Shown here: positions 24,901 through 38,400 of the stretch, piece after piece
Layout: every line of letters starts with the position of its first letter
Numbering within the stretch: the first letter of the stretch is position 1
The notes under the pieces: model-generated
Told to the model about the DNA's origin: nothing
Databases searched by the model: none
What the model saw: only the letters and a program-made list of their open reading frames with translations
From: Raillietiella orientalis
Taxonomy: Eukaryota
Length of the DNA: 64,000 nt
Reading direction: 5' to 3'
Assembly (NCBI GenBank): GCA_036172245.1
Contig: JAYWIR010000012.1
Coordinates: forward strand, 2,976,001-3,040,000
Translations under genes and position numbers: made by a program

Positions 24901-27400
24901 AGTAGGAGACCAAGGTCGCCTGGAGGCAGGAAGAGCTACAGGAGCAACAGAAGAAGGAAAGCAAGGAGGAGGGAGAGGAGGAAGTAGACGTCTCGTCGAG
25001 GTTGGTCCCCGACAGGGTGGGCATCCCAACAGCCTGTATGCGCTTCCCGTGCAAAAGTCCGCCGGCCACTGTTCAAAGAATTTGCAAAGGATGCTTGGGG
25101 GCTTCGACCGGCGACATCAGGGGTTCGTGGTCCTATCCATCACACGCTCGACGCTGTGCTCTCATGAGGGTTTCTTCGTCCTGGTCCAACCTGCGCTTCC
25201 AGCGGGTCTCCTTGGATTGGTGTGCGCTAGCCCGCATAGCTTCCCTCCTTCTCTCCCCGCCTCTTAGGGAGATCTTCTCTTCTCTACTTCATTCACCGTT
25301 TTCCGGGTGCCACGGTCCTGCGGTGATCCTGACCGTGCCATGCAGGCGGAAACTGTGCCTCCCAGCCGGTCAGAGTGGTTAAGCGGAGTCGAGTTCGGTC
25401 TGTACCTGGATGGACTCCAAACTGCTGACCTCGGGCGCTTTCCAGCGGCATGGAATTCTGACTGGGAGCTGCTCTGCTGCTCGTGAATCCCCCAAGCGCG
25501 GGTGCCAGTAGAACGGTTCGGCTTTGGGAAAACACACAGCCGGACGTCGAAGGTGGGAGAGCAGAAAAGAGCCTCAAACTTGTCCCCTTTTTCCCAGGCA
25601 TCCTCTGGCGGATACTTTTCTCCAGAAGAAAGGAGAGAGCCCCTGACCTCTTTCCTTCGTCTTGCCTCACCTGGAGTCTCAGAAAGATCCCTGTAGAGGC
25701 AGGCCACTCGAGCCCTTATGATCTTCTCGCCACCCCACTCCGATTCGACTTGGGTTCTTGTCCTCTGATAGGTTGCTGAGGAACCATGAACTATCACTCT
25801 TCTCGCACGGCCTCTTGATTCAGGATGCCAGTTTGAGGAGTCCCAAATGCCAAAACCACGAGCACCCTCTCCCACCCTCGGAAACTCGAGCACCGGTTAG
25901 CGAGCTCATCCTCGGCCATTGAAACCGTGAGGTCCGAAGAAGATCGCTGCAAGAGCGTGCTGGAGGCTGTGTGGCTGCGCGGCAATAAGCGTTTCGGGTT
26001 CAAATCCCGCTTGGGGAAGGATCGGTGACGACAAATGGATGCGTTGTGCCTCCAGCAGGACGACGCTGGCTGGCCTATTCGGGTGCGGCACCGATGCAAG
26101 CCAGATGTCCCCGGATGCCCGCGCTGACTGGTCAGGATTGGAAGTCGTGAGGGCATCCCGCAAGAGCTGCGGACCGCATGCAGACCAGCTCAGCGAGATA
26201 GCGGCTTCGTCCAGCATCCAACATAGTCTAGGCATCTTCTGAAGCACTAGACGTGACATCCCTCTCGAAGATTGAGCTCCGACCCGCATGTTAGGGACTC
26301 CAGAAAACCAAGACCAAACCTCTGACTTGCCCATCGTCGGAACCCGAGCAAGTAGACTTCCTCCGACAGCCAAAATTCCCGCGTCGAGAGAGAAGTCGGG
26401 GCCCCAGAGCTCAGGGACGAGCTGCTCGGCAGGGCCCTCGCCTTGGAGAGGAGCACCATCTCCGAAGGTGCTGACCTTCGGAGATGCAGACCTTCGACGA
26501 CGGCAGAGCTTGCCTTCCCTGCGGCAGATGAATCCTTGGATTCTATCTCTCACGTGGCTTCTGGAGGCTGTGGGATACCTGGCAGCAGGAGAGACTTCCA
26601 GACCACCCGGGAACTATTCCGTAGCGTCTTAAAGCCTCGAGACGGTGTTTCCGAGGGAGAGCACGATGTATTTTCAAGGAAGTGAGCACGTAGTACGCTC
26701 CCTCCGTGCTAGCAGCGCTGTCCTTCCTGTGGGGGCGTGGATGCATGGGCCATCCGGCCAAGTGGGAGGTTTCCTGCGTCACAGCAGGAGTAAAAGAGAA
26801 GGAAAAGGCCATCAGGTGATTGTCCGGCACAGGAACTCTCGGGAGCAGTCGCACCTTCTGTCAAATGTTCGCGTCCACTGCTCCCATGGGAAGACGGGCA
26901 AGCATCTTTAAAAAACGACAAACTCGCGCAAATGCCAGCGGAAGAGAGGGAGAACGCGTTTCCGGTTCGTGCCAGCTGAGGGGAGGTCAGATTGCGCCTG
27001 CTCGCACCTGGCGAGCTCCTCCGCAACGGATGCCAACGAGTGACAGCAACCCTTTTACGCCCGGAGGACTTACCCCTCGGAGATTCTTCACATCGCGGGG
27101 CCACCTTATGGCCACCGGGCACTGGAGATGCCGAGAAGCAATCGTAACGTGTCCCTGTCTCAAGCCTGCTGACATGACCTCCCAGTGGTTTACAGTGTGA
27201 GCCTTTTTTTTACTGATTTCTTTGCTCCCTTCCCGAGCGTGTGAGTCCTCGTTTCTTCCTACCCTCCTCCCCCTTCTCCCCCCCCCCCTTATTACTGCCT
27301 TCTTGTTTGCTTGTTGTTAGCGTTCCAGGTACTCAATGTGTAAGGAACATGTTTGTTTATTGACTTCAGATGAACGTCCCAGAGCGACCGTAACACAACC
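22000..27400 (+). mobile_element. Heavily decayed long non-LTR copy (or several), with RT region at about 25200-26250 and 3' UTR at about 27200-27390
   Basis: MDSKLLTS..FQR-like RT motif (about 25410); segment gggttcaaatcccgcttggggaaggatcg shared with 18745-18775; T/C-rich 3' UTR. The 5' boundary is uncertain. Confidence 0.5.
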
Positions 27401-28049
27401 GAAGACGAAGCCTGGCAATCTGGGCTTCGTCGGCCCCATGCCGAAGGAGCTGCAGGATAGAAAACGATGCTGCCTCCTGGTCCAAAAGACGTGATCTTTT
27501 GTCATCCAGTGACCAGCCAGCGGCGTGTGACCATCCCCTTTCGGAGTAGCCGTCCTGAGAAGAATCAGCCACAAGGGAATTGATCAAAAGAGCGTCACCG
27601 CTGGTGGAAACTCCGCAGCAGCCAACTTTCCTTCTACTCTTTTCACATAGACTGGGCGGCTGAACATGCAACAAGGAAAGCAGCTAGAAGCGATGGCGCG
27701 TCTCCGTCGGATTTCGGAGGAGGTTTGCTGAGTAGGGAGCAGGAGAGGTTTTTATGGATCGCGAAGGTGATTCTCCTTCTCCTGACGTCACGTCCCAGAG
27801 GGAAAGCGACTTGGTCCACACCTGCATGCAAGTCAGATATGATTTTTATTGCGATTCTTCTCTTCTTTGTTGCGGAAAAGATGAGTGACTCTTCGCTCAC
27901 ATGACCTCTTGCGACGGCGGGAAGGCGCGAGGTAGCGTCGTCTTTGGTGAAGCTTCCGCAGGACATGCCCTGCCTGACCTCCTCCTCCTTCTCGAATTTC
28001 CCATGGCCTCCGTTTTTTTCTGGAGATCCCCCCTGCATACTCATCCGGT

Positions 28050-29210
28050 TCAGAGGCATTTCCACCTCGAACTGGACAGCATCTGCCTCAAGGTCTTCCT
28101 GTACTGGCAGTTCATGAGGCAGTAGAATATGAAGTTCACGGCGCTGTTGATCAGCGCGAGGATATCGAGGACTTCATCGAACGGCCTCACGCACTCGACA
28201 TAGAACGTCTCGTCGTAGAAAGCGCTCAGCAGCGACAGGATTCCCTGCGGGACCTCGGTAACCAGGAACATCAAGAGCAGCGCCAGTAGCAGCGCGTTCG
28301 TCCTGTCCGCCACCTTTTTGCGGATGGTGCTCTTCCGGAACTGGAAGGCGCTCTCTCTGTTGCAGTGGACGTAAAGGTTTTCCCTCCTGTTCCGGGAGGA
28401 ACACACCGTCCTCACGAGGAAGAAGACGAGTACGGAGAGGAGAACGCAGGGAAACAGCTTCACCAGGATGCCATAGATCCAGAAGTGTATGATCTTGATG
28501 ATTCCGTCCTCGCTGATGCCGCTGACTCGGAATCCCCTCAGGTCATGAACCTCTTCTATGTGCAGAGACAGGTACACCGGGAGGCAGAGTATGGGAGACA
28601 GGCAGTAGACGCAGGCGATGGCGCGGCAAGCCTTCTTCTTTGTGAACCAGGAAAGGTTCTTGGGGTGGAAGCGGATGTACAGGAACCTCCATATGGCGAG
28701 CGCCACGGTCATGTAGATGGAGATGGTGTGGAAGGTCTGGCCGAAGATGGCGTGGAAGAGGACAAACATGGCCCACGTGTACGAGTGCTTCTCGACCTTC
28801 CCTCTGTCGAAAAGGAGGTACTCGTGCAGACTGTAAGGGATGTATTCGAGGAGGACCAGAAAGTCAGCCACCGCCAGGGCGCTGAGTATGGTGCTCGTCG
28901 GGGAGCGCATTTGCTTCTGCATCAGGATGACCATATTGGCCAGGTTGCTGAGCAGCCCGAACAGACAAACGGACAGGCTGGCATAGCCGTAGCGCTTCCG
29001 GATCGCCGCCTGGATGTGAGCCAGGGAGTCGCCGCAGAAGACGGGTTCATCGCTCCGGAGATACTCGAGGCAGATTCCGCTTTGCAGCATCTCCGAGGAG
29101 GACCAGTTGCCCTCGCTTATCATCCGGTGGCAGTACTCGAAGTACTTTTGTTGAAAGTCCCTCCACTTGTCCACATGAAAGTCGGCGAACGATCTGTTCG
29201 ACTCGTCCAT
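28050..29210 (-). CDS. Intronless class A peptide GPCR, myosuppressin-receptor (DmsR/dmsr)-like, about 386 aa
   Basis: Uninterrupted ORF (first ATG 29210, TGA 28050-28052) with seven hydrophobic segments: TM1 GYASLSVCLFGLLSNLANMVIL, MRSPT, TM2 LAVADFLVLLEYIP, TM3 FHTISIYMTVALAIWRF (WRY-type DRY variant typical of this family), TM6 FLVTEVPQGIL, TM7 DILALINSAVNFIFYCLM. Third codon positions are strongly G/C. Confidence 0.92.
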   Translation of the reverse strand: MDESNRSFADFHVDKWRDFQQKYFEYCHRMISEGNWSSSEMLQSGICLEYLRSDEPVFCGDSLAHIQAAIRKRYGYASLSVCLFGLLSNLANMVILMQKQMRSPTSTILSALAVADFLVLLEYIPYSLHEYLLFDRGKVEKHSYTWAMFVLFHAIFGQTFHTISIYMTVALAIWRFLYIRFHPKNLSWFTKKKACRAIACVYCLSPILCLPVYLSLHIEEVHDLRGFRVSGISEDGIIKIIHFWIYGILVKLFPCVLLSVLVFFLVRTVCSSRNRRENLYVHCNRESAFQFRKSTIRKKVADRTNALLLALLLMFLVTEVPQGILSLLSAFYDETFYVECVRPFDEVLDILALINSAVNFIFYCLMNCQYRKTLRQMLSSSRWKCL

Positions 29211-29449
29211 CCTCGCCCCACTTCTTCCTCCGGTCGGCGCGAGGCGAGGAGCGTCCACGGAAGCTCTTCCTGTCCGCCTCCTCTCCTGAAGTGACGACTT
29301 CCGGGATTCTCGTCACGGAGGTTACCTCCCCGCTCATGCCATTCTGGAATTAGAAGGGAAGATGAAACATTTCGCCTTCCCTCCCTGATTCGCTGCTGTC
29401 GCCATGGAAGCGTCAGTTTGGCCGGAAAGAGTGGTTCGCTCAACCCGCT

Positions 29450-32400
29450 ACCATTCGCGCGAGCTGCACCCTCTGACCGCCTCGAGGGCGGTCAGAGGGT
29501 GCAGAAGGAGGGAAGGGGAAAGAGAGGAGCAGAAAAGGAGGTCTTTGATGAGGTGAGAGGGGTAGCACCGCCATTCCAATCTCGTCGGCTGCTGCTGGTG
29601 CCTAGAGGGCTCTGGTCGGTGTAATGGATGTCTGCCTAGATACGCATCGATTTCCTACCGACTGGTCCCTCGACCCATAGGGATGAATGTGTGAATCCGA
29701 CCCCTCGTCGCTGGAAGCAGAGGCGGTAGGTGGAAGCACGCCCTTAGCATCTGAAATCCTCCGCCTCCACGCACTCGACCTCAAGAGGCCTCCGCGGGTT
29801 GAACTGGAAAATTGAAATGAACAATGGAAATTTCCAGACTGCACGCGGGTCAGCTTTGTCTGTTAAGTGGATGGACAAAGTGCATAGAATGGATGTTTCC
29901 TGTTCTGGTGGGCAGGACTGGAATGTTTCCACTGATGGCGATGGCCCAATATCCGACACGGCCGGAATATTCACCAGGCGCGCTCTCTGGGAAACCCTCA
30001 ACATCACTACGCACGGACCCAGGTGGCCGAGTCTCCAGGTGACTGAGACCGACCTTTAGCGCCGCGCAACCCAGGAATGGTGAGCAGCTCCTTTCCACCA
30101 TTCCCGGGAGGAAGTTAGAGGACTCGAAGCTCGGAAGTGGGTTACACGACGGACCCCTATCTCTCGCTGTGAAAGAGACCTCCCTCCAAGAGCGACGAGG
30201 AAGCCGTCGGAGGTTGCGGGAAAAATCCGTTCTTCGCCCCTGGCATTTGACGGACAGCCTATCACTTTGTGAGAGATTCCCTCGAGGCAATCTCTCTCCG
30301 AATGGCGCTTGCAGCCTCGTCGACACCCCCTCCATCCCCGACTCAGGTGACCGAGGTCTCATACTTGAACCTCTCCATTCTTTATGAAATGAAGATTTCA
30401 GCGACTCAGGGCGGAGGGGGGCGGGCAACTCCTGTCGACTTGTTCACGATCTTCTAGAGGTGCGAAGGAGAAGATGAATCGAAAGACGCTAAATTTCCTC
30501 TCCCTTCCGTCCCCTCCTCCTCTTTGAAGGTACCACTCTGAGATAATTCAGCCGCGGTCGATTCCCCCAGTCCCGGACCTCCCCACCTGCTCTCTGGAAG
30601 AGCGATTTTCAGGACCGGCACCTGAGCGAAAATCCACAAAGACATCCGTCTTGGAGCGGCGGCACGCGTGCGAGCTTTTCCGCACGGGAGCGCGCTTTTT
30701 GCTGCGGTCGTGGAACGACCAATCAGCGTTCCTGCCGATCACATTTCCAGTCCCTGGAATTCTCATCGCTCTTTAATTCCCTCTTCCGGTACCTCTTTCC
30801 CCTCATTGAGCGCCTCTTTCTTAGCGTTCCTGTCGGTTTTCCCGAAAACCAGTTTAGGCGTGTCTTTGTGAGCGAATGTTAAAAACACCAACTGCTGCTC
30901 CGTAGCGAAGTCATGAATAATTAATGGAAGGTAATCCCTCAGGCTTCTCATGAGTGACGGACCCATGCAATTAGGATCCTCGTTTTGCTCAGTCTGCAAG
31001 AAAGGGACCCGGGAAGAATGAGGTTTTGCCTCCCGGATCCCAGGGTCGCTGGTGCGCGTGCGCGCTCCCGCGTTCGCCGAGCTCCTAGAACCGCGAAGAT
31101 GGTGTCGTTTTCCCCCCACCGGAAGTGCTTCCGCCCCTCTTCCCCCGGAGTACCGATGGCGTCCCGCGCCCTCCCGACCATCGAGGCCGCCCAGAATCAT
31201 GACCAGAACAGGGGAAGTTTCTACCCTCTTTGCTTTTCCCACACTCTCTTGAGGGAGCGGGGTCCCCTGCTCCTCCCTTCCTCCCTTCTTCCTCCTCCTC
31301 TCTTTCTCCTTCTCTACCCTTCCTACCCATTCCTTCTTTGTGCCTTTCCTTGGGACCACCCTGGAAACCTTTCGGACGTGGAGCCACCTGAGGGTCGGAA
31401 CGGAACAAAGAAGTTCCCCTCTCCCTCCCCCCGTTTCCTCTCCTGCGGGAGTAAGGCTTCCCTCGTGTGTGGGAACCTTGTCCACTGAATTACTGACTGG
31501 CACGCCATCCCCGAATACATCTCTCCGCTCTTCTCGTCTTGTAGAAGTTTTATTTTTTCCTTCCACCTCTCCTGCCTCCTCTCCCGAAATTTCGATGGCG
31601 GCCAATCTGCTCACACCCCACGCTGCTCGCCTCCTTCACAAGTGAGGGGCGTGGACGAGGAAGGACTGCTGCCAGGAAGAAAAAGGGGAAGATCTTCTCT
31701 TTGTTTCCGTCCACACACGCCATTCGGGTGCATCCGAGAGAGGAAGGAAAAGGGAGGGGGGTAGAAGGACGTCCCTGTGATACGTCCAGGACTCGGAATT
31801 CCCCCACGAGTTTTCTGGTCTCCGGTTCGGATATTCTCCTTGACGACGACGATGGCGCGCGGTACGCGACAAGACCAGGTAATGGTCAGCGTGCTTCGAG
31901 CGGGAAGCAGAGAGAACGAAGCGGAACGAGCAGAGGGAGACGTTGCTGACGGTGGCCTAAGGGCAGTGTGACGGAAATAAAGGGAAAGGGGAAAGCCGGC
32001 AAAACGGAAGAGGTTTTCGGCCTGCGAGGCTGCCCGGGAATCTCGCGCGAACAAGACCAGCAGTTCGTCCGACGGCGCCGGAGCGCGAGGACGACCGCTG
32101 GTCGGGCACCGCGCCGCCGTGGAGGGGGAGCTCTCTGCCGCACCCTGACCGGGAGACAATACTCAGCCCCGAGGCGGCTTCCTTCTCAGTCCAACGACCC
32201 CTCGAGACGATGCATGCCCAGACTCTTCCTCCGAGCACGGCGAATCCTGAGAGAACGTCCTGTAAATTTTCGCGCGACCTCAGGCTTGCCGGGCAGCACA
32301 CCTCAGGGTGCTTTCCAAGCGCCCAAGGGAAGAAACCACGAGCTCCCGCGTGGCCTGCAGGTGGCTCATCTTCCGCGCGGGCCCGGAAGGAAGAAATTCC

Positions 32401-35400
32401 GGTGCCTTTTGGCTCGGAGGATGAGAGGCCTTCCAAGCTGCGAAGTGCCTCCGAGCAGTGCGTCCGCTCTGCATGCATGGTGAAGATTAAGGACTCCCTT
32501 GGGACTTCAAGAATTTTTTTTTATGTATACGCATTGGTTCCCCCATTTCTGGATAGCGACCACACAGCTGGATCGGAATCTAGAGACACCCCTGGAGCCG
32601 CCCTCCCTCTGAGGACCCTTTAGAGGTGACCAACGCCACCCTTTCCTCCCTTGTGGAAAAGTCTGCAGGAGAACGACCTCAGGATCGATTCTCACTAACC
32701 TCAAGGGTTCCCTCTCACAACACCCGTGCGACTTCCTGGGTAGTCTGCCTCTTCTCTTCTGGGGCAGGCGTACGCGCCGCTACTAGTGGACATCCACTCT
32801 CCCTTCGGGGTGTCTCGAACTTCCAGAAAAGTCAAAGAACGTCTTCCGACGGAGGATGTTCTTCGTCTCCCCCCTCCTTCCTCCTTTTCTCTTCCTCCTC
32901 TTCCTTTCTCCCTTCCCTGCTCTTTCATGCTCCCCATCCTAATCGGAGACCGTCAGACCAATCACCCGTGGGGACCACTGTGGCCCCAATGATCGGCAGG
33001 ATCGCAAGAGACGATCTTTTTCTCCGCCAAGGGGCTTGAAGAGGAGGTCATCTGGATGAGGGTGACCACGCTGCTGGGTTCGCGGACGCCTATCAGGTGA
33101 TGCTCCCAACACTGGTGGTCCCCAGCCTTAAGGATCTCTTGCGCAGACGATGGACCTTCGTCCTCTTTTTAGGCTCCCTTTCAAACCCGGGGCTGCAGGC
33201 GGTCGCTGACGGACTTTGTGGGCGCAGCCCCCGGATTGTCTCCTCCCCTCTCCTTCTCATTCTCGGAAGGGCTGTAGAACCTTAGCTTTAGCCGCGCCTG
33301 TATCGAGAGCTGGTGGCATCCGGAGGAGAGTTCTGGACCCTCCTGCCGGCTCGCGCTGCGAGGAACGGACGGAAAGACGGCTGCGATTGGACGACGGCCC
33401 GCGCGACTGCGTGATGGTGCCGGCGCCCTCCCGCGCAATCAGAGAGGAGCGCGGAGGAATCAATCAGGGTTGGGAGGATTTGATTGAGGAATCCCCGGGG
33501 CGACCTCGGACCGGTGTCCCTGAGGTCCTCACTGACAACGGGAAGCGGGATAATTGATGACTCCTTCTCCTCCTCCCCCTCTGGGGAGTTAAACGACCTG
33601 CAGAAATCTTTCCGGAAGCCACCGAGCAGCGAGCAGGCGCGGTGGGGAACACGGGAGGGAGTGCAGCGATCCGCGACAGCATCCGGAGCCGGAGGAGCCG
33701 AGGCTGAAGACTGCCGAGAGGGTAGACGCAAGGGACGCGCACGAGTGTCGGTGATGGGAACTTGGAATGACGGGAGAGGAAGAGGGGGGAGGGAGGGAAG
33801 AGCCACTACCAGGCGAGGAGGAGCAGCGCGGGATGGCTGCGGTGCTTCCCTTTTTGCCGGAGTACCGCCGCTCCACCCTGAGGTGGTGAAACGAAAACGC
33901 CGAGGCATCTTCGAGCTCCAGGTCGTCGCACAGGAAGATAAAGAAAAGCTCCTGGGGATCCTTGGCCGCAACATGATCGGGGGAGGGGGGAAGAGGGGAT
34001 CACGGATTCGTGGGTCTTTTCTCCTACCTCTGAGGCTGGCGCACGAGCATTGGAGTCGAGAGAGGGCGGCGCAGGTCACCTGCCACAGGAGGACCCACCA
34101 CGGAACCAAGGTTTGAGTTCGCCTCATCCTTGGAAAAGCCGATTCGATGAAAACGCCGTCCCAGATCTTTTTCTGGGGCTCGGAGGGGTCCTCCTCGATA
34201 CAGAGGAGGGGGCAGGGAAGGAAAGCGACTTGGAAAAGAAGCGTCGCTGTGAAACCTGTTTTCCCCTGTCGCCGCTAGCACGCCGCGAGCCTCTGATTCG
34301 TCCAGGAGCTCCCGGTATCTGGAATGTCTCCCAGGTTCGAACCGGAAGCGCTGCTTCCGCAGGAAGGGATCCACGAATGGAAAAAGTCATTTCTCCCCTT
34401 CCTCCTTCACCTCCCTCCTCCTCCTTTCTTCTTCCTCTTCCTCCCCTTCCCTTCCTCTTTTCCTCCCTTCCCTCTTCTCTTTTCTTTCTCCTCCTCTTCC
34501 CTTCCTACTCATTCCTTCTCTTTGCCTTTCCTTGGGACCACCCTGGAAATCTTCGGACATAGCACCACCTGGAAATCGGAACAAAGCATCCGCGTTTCGC
34601 CCCGCGGAAGACGAAAAATCCACTAGAGTGAGGGGGAGGGGGTGCCGCGAGACCCCCAGAGAAGTCTCTCCTTCTTCTCCCCTCCCGCGCGTCTTCCTCG
34701 ATTGAGGGAGTTCACTCACCCTGCCGGCTGGCCACCGCCGTTTCCGTTCCGCGGGAGGACAACGCTGCGTCTGGGAGGGTTGGTATCTTTCCACTTCCTC
34801 CGGGAAGACTGCTCCCGGGATACGGATGGGGTGCGCCCCTATCCCCGATTCGACTCTTCCAAGGGCAGCCCTGAGCTTGGATCCGTGAAGACTGCACTTG
34901 CCTTCCTCTCCCCCTTCAATTCTCTTTCGTGTGCCTCACCCTGATCAAAAGCCATCAGTCCGATCCCCCGAGAGACATCGATGTGATGCCAAGATCATCC
35001 GGACCGCGAGAGGCGATTCCGAGGGGGCAGAAACGACGAAGGACGCCTGAGCTCAGCTCCCTCGCCGACCGCTCGGCCCCATTTCCTCTGGCCCTCCCGC
35101 CCCCGCGTGCGCGCGAACCGGAATCCTCCGATTCCGAAAAAGGCGGTAAGGGGTCACGTGCGCGCGAAGTGAAAGAGGAGACAGAGGGTGGAGGATGTCT
35201 CTCGCTTGCGTGAGACCTCGTCATGCTCGTCTCCTGGGCGGGACCCCTCACCAGGAATCGTGCGGATCACAGGAAGGCTCGAGGAGGAAGAGTAGGGAAG
35301 TGGATGGTGAGAGGAAAGGTGACAACCGTCGAACTCGTCCCGTGGACGGGCGCTTCGCTCCTCCGGTCCGCCTCCTCCCCGGACTCTCCCGGATTCGTGA

Positions 35401-38400
35401 ATACCGTGGCGGGGAAAAAATTACTCACAATTGGCTGCTGGTGCTGGTGCTGCGGCGGGGCGGCGTACTCCCATTCTTTCGCGCTCCCGGAGCCTCGGTC
35501 CAGGACGCCCGCAGGGCTGGCGCAGCAGCTCCGCCCCGTAGATGTTCCCGGCGGAAGGGGATGCCCGAGAGTGCTACTGCTGCTGCCATCGCCGCAGCAG
35601 CACTCTCGAGGAACCAGACGGGGAGGCCTGCGCACTCGACGGATGCTGGCGCTCAGTCGCTCTCCGGCCGCTTCCTCAGCGAACGCGAGCGAAGGAGGGA
35701 GGTGCCCGCGGCCGGAAACGGCGTGCTCAAACCTTCCGGTTCCGAGCTACCACGGAGAAAGGGGGAGGAAGGAGGGAAGGTTACGAGTTTCCCAATCCTG
35801 CCCGCCTCCTTGAGGACTTCCCTGGCGCTTCGGAGCGCAGGCGCGCGTCTCGGGCTCCCGGGAAGAACAAAGGTGCACCATCTTTCCCACCACCCCCTGA
35901 CTCCTCCGGAGCCACTGCGCGCCCCTCGAACAGCAGGACGAGGTGGCAAACGGGGGTCGTCTCGTGGTTACGCTAGGATACAGGTGAAAGCTTCGCGAAG
36001 TACTTTCTCGCCGAAGGGTTCATCCTCCAGGAGGGGAAAAATTCGCCTTCTCGGAAGTGACCCTGACCTCGAGATTCCTCTTCTCTCTTCTCTCCGGCTG
36101 CTGCTGGAGCGGAACAGGGGCAGTTTCCGGCGCATTTAGAGGGTTTCATCCCGCAGAGGTCAAAGCTATTCAAGAGGAACGTAAGGAGTGAAGTTTCCAG
36201 CTATTCGGCGGAGAGACGCAGCGCCTTTTCTTTAGTCGCTAATTTTCTTTTTTCTTTTCCTTTTTTTTCTGAGGTCATAGGTGAGGATGAGTTTTCTTTG
36301 CCTACGCCTCCGGGATGTCTCCTGGTGACGTCTGAGCGAGGGTCCATGAAGACCTGCTAAGAAGCTGCGCTCTTAGCGCATTTGGGGTGGATCCAAGGAA
36401 GATTACAGATACGCCATTTTCCAGCCCCCCTACAGGGCGAATTCTTCCTTCACCGTGAACAGATCACCGCCTTTGCTGCCGTCCACGCTCTGAAGTCTCC
36501 TGGGACAGTAAATGAACAAATAAAAGGTGAAAAGGGATAGGGGTCGCCGGTCTCGCCCGCCGCATTCCCTGCAGTCTTCGTAAGATACAGGTGGCATCCT
36601 CCTTGAACCAGTCATTCTGCAGAAGCTACTTTGCCACGTTCCTCATTGCTGCTGGAGCGAGACCCATGACCTTTCTTACTTCCTTGCTAGCACGCCTCCC
36701 TCGTCTCCCTGCACGCCACGATCCTCCTGGTGCAACATGGGATGGGGCTGCACGGGTAAGCAGACGAAGCAGCACCCCAGAGGCTCTCAAGGATCAAAGA
36801 GGAGTGGCCACGATGGTCACTGTAGCAGGCGCGTGTCTTTAGCGCTCCGAGCAGCAGGTGCAGTTGGGAAGGGCACCGCCCCTCGTCCAGCGATGCCACC
36901 GCTGGTTGCACGGGGAGCCGCAGCTGCGCCGAAGGCAGAGCCTCCTCGTGCTGCCACCTGAGGGGAGGCCAGAGATACCCTCCAAAGAGATGGAAGGGGT
37001 CGCGGTCTGCGAGAGCGAAACGTCCGGCTGTTCTGCCCAGCGCAGCAGCTGCGCTGTGTTTAGCGCGTGCGCTGGGTATCGCCGCGTCAGCCACTGGCCC
37101 ACCAAGTCCACCGCCCCTTCTGCGAGGTCACCGGCTCCACCGGCTGGCAACCGACGTTTCCATTCCGCGACAGGACAGTGTTGCGGCTAGGACGGTGGCT
37201 CGGATCCCCCCCGAGGGACTGCTCCCTAGATGCGGATGGGATGCTATGCTCCCAAATCCCTCGATTTGGTTCTTCCAAGAACCCTCCCGCTCTAGGATCA
37301 AACTGCCCCTGCGGTCTCGAGGGAGTTGCATCTCATGTGGCCAGAATTCCTTCCCTTACAGAAGTTCTAAGCGCAGTCCTCGCGCCCCAGGATCGCTCTG
37401 ATACTCCACCTCGTTTTCCCCCCTTCCCCAGCCGTCACTCTATAAGAAAAAAATCCTTTTCCTCCCTTCATTCTTGAACTTTCTGACTCCTGCCGGAATT
37501 CCCTTCATTTAGGTGGCTGCATTTGCATTGATTTTTTTTCTGAAATTCGTCTTCTTCCTCCACAGATGGTCCGGCTACTGGCGGGTTGCGACGGGCTCGC
37601 CCCTCTGATGGCCGCGTCGACATTTAGGAGATGCGAGAAGCAGTGCGGGAGAGAGGGACAGCTCTTTCTACCTCTAGCTTTCTTCCCGATGCTGTCTCCG
37701 CCCGGCAGTGCCACGCACCTCTCTGGCTCGACGGCGACCGCTTTCCGCAGACAGGGCAGCTCACGACTAGTCCTTCAGAGTATCCTCCTGAACTGTTCAA
37801 AAAGAGAGCGACCATCTTTCGGAGATCTCCGCACAGATCGCTAGTGCTAGAAGTCTCCTATTCCTCCGGTATCATCGTTCCAGGGGAAGGGACCATGGAG
37901 TCATCATTAGCTCAGCCGATGGTGCCAGCCACTTGCCTTGCAGTGTGTCAGCATAGGATGATGAATGCGTCCTGATTTCTTTCCCGTTCGTCCCTTTGCC
38001 TCTCGGACGCCATGCTCTTGGTCCAGGAGGGCTGCTGCCGCCACGATCCGCCTCCTCAGGGAAAAGCAGTTGCCTGACTTCCATGGCTGACGTGCTTTTC
38101 TAGTAACCCCGGGGAAGTGGAATGAGCCTAACATCCTGGGTTCACCAGGAGGAGTCTTGCCACTCCTCGCGCACGAAGACGAGGAAAGAGAGACTACAGC
38201 GTGGAAGGTGCAGAGGAGGAGCGAACGATCACTCGGAGCTGCTCGCTTTAAAGTCATGGAACCCTGCGTAGGTCCACAGCTCTTTTACCGGGTCTCCCTA
38301 CTTCCTCATGACTCCTCCCTAGTTCTTTCCCCAGATGGGTTGGATCTCTTTCGATTCGGACCGGAGCATGTTAGCTCTTCAACTATAAAAAATTTCCACG

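Noticed and set aside
28365..29294. 309-aa plus-strand ORF
   Set aside because: Antisense shadow of the GC3-rich GPCR with no recognisable protein features.
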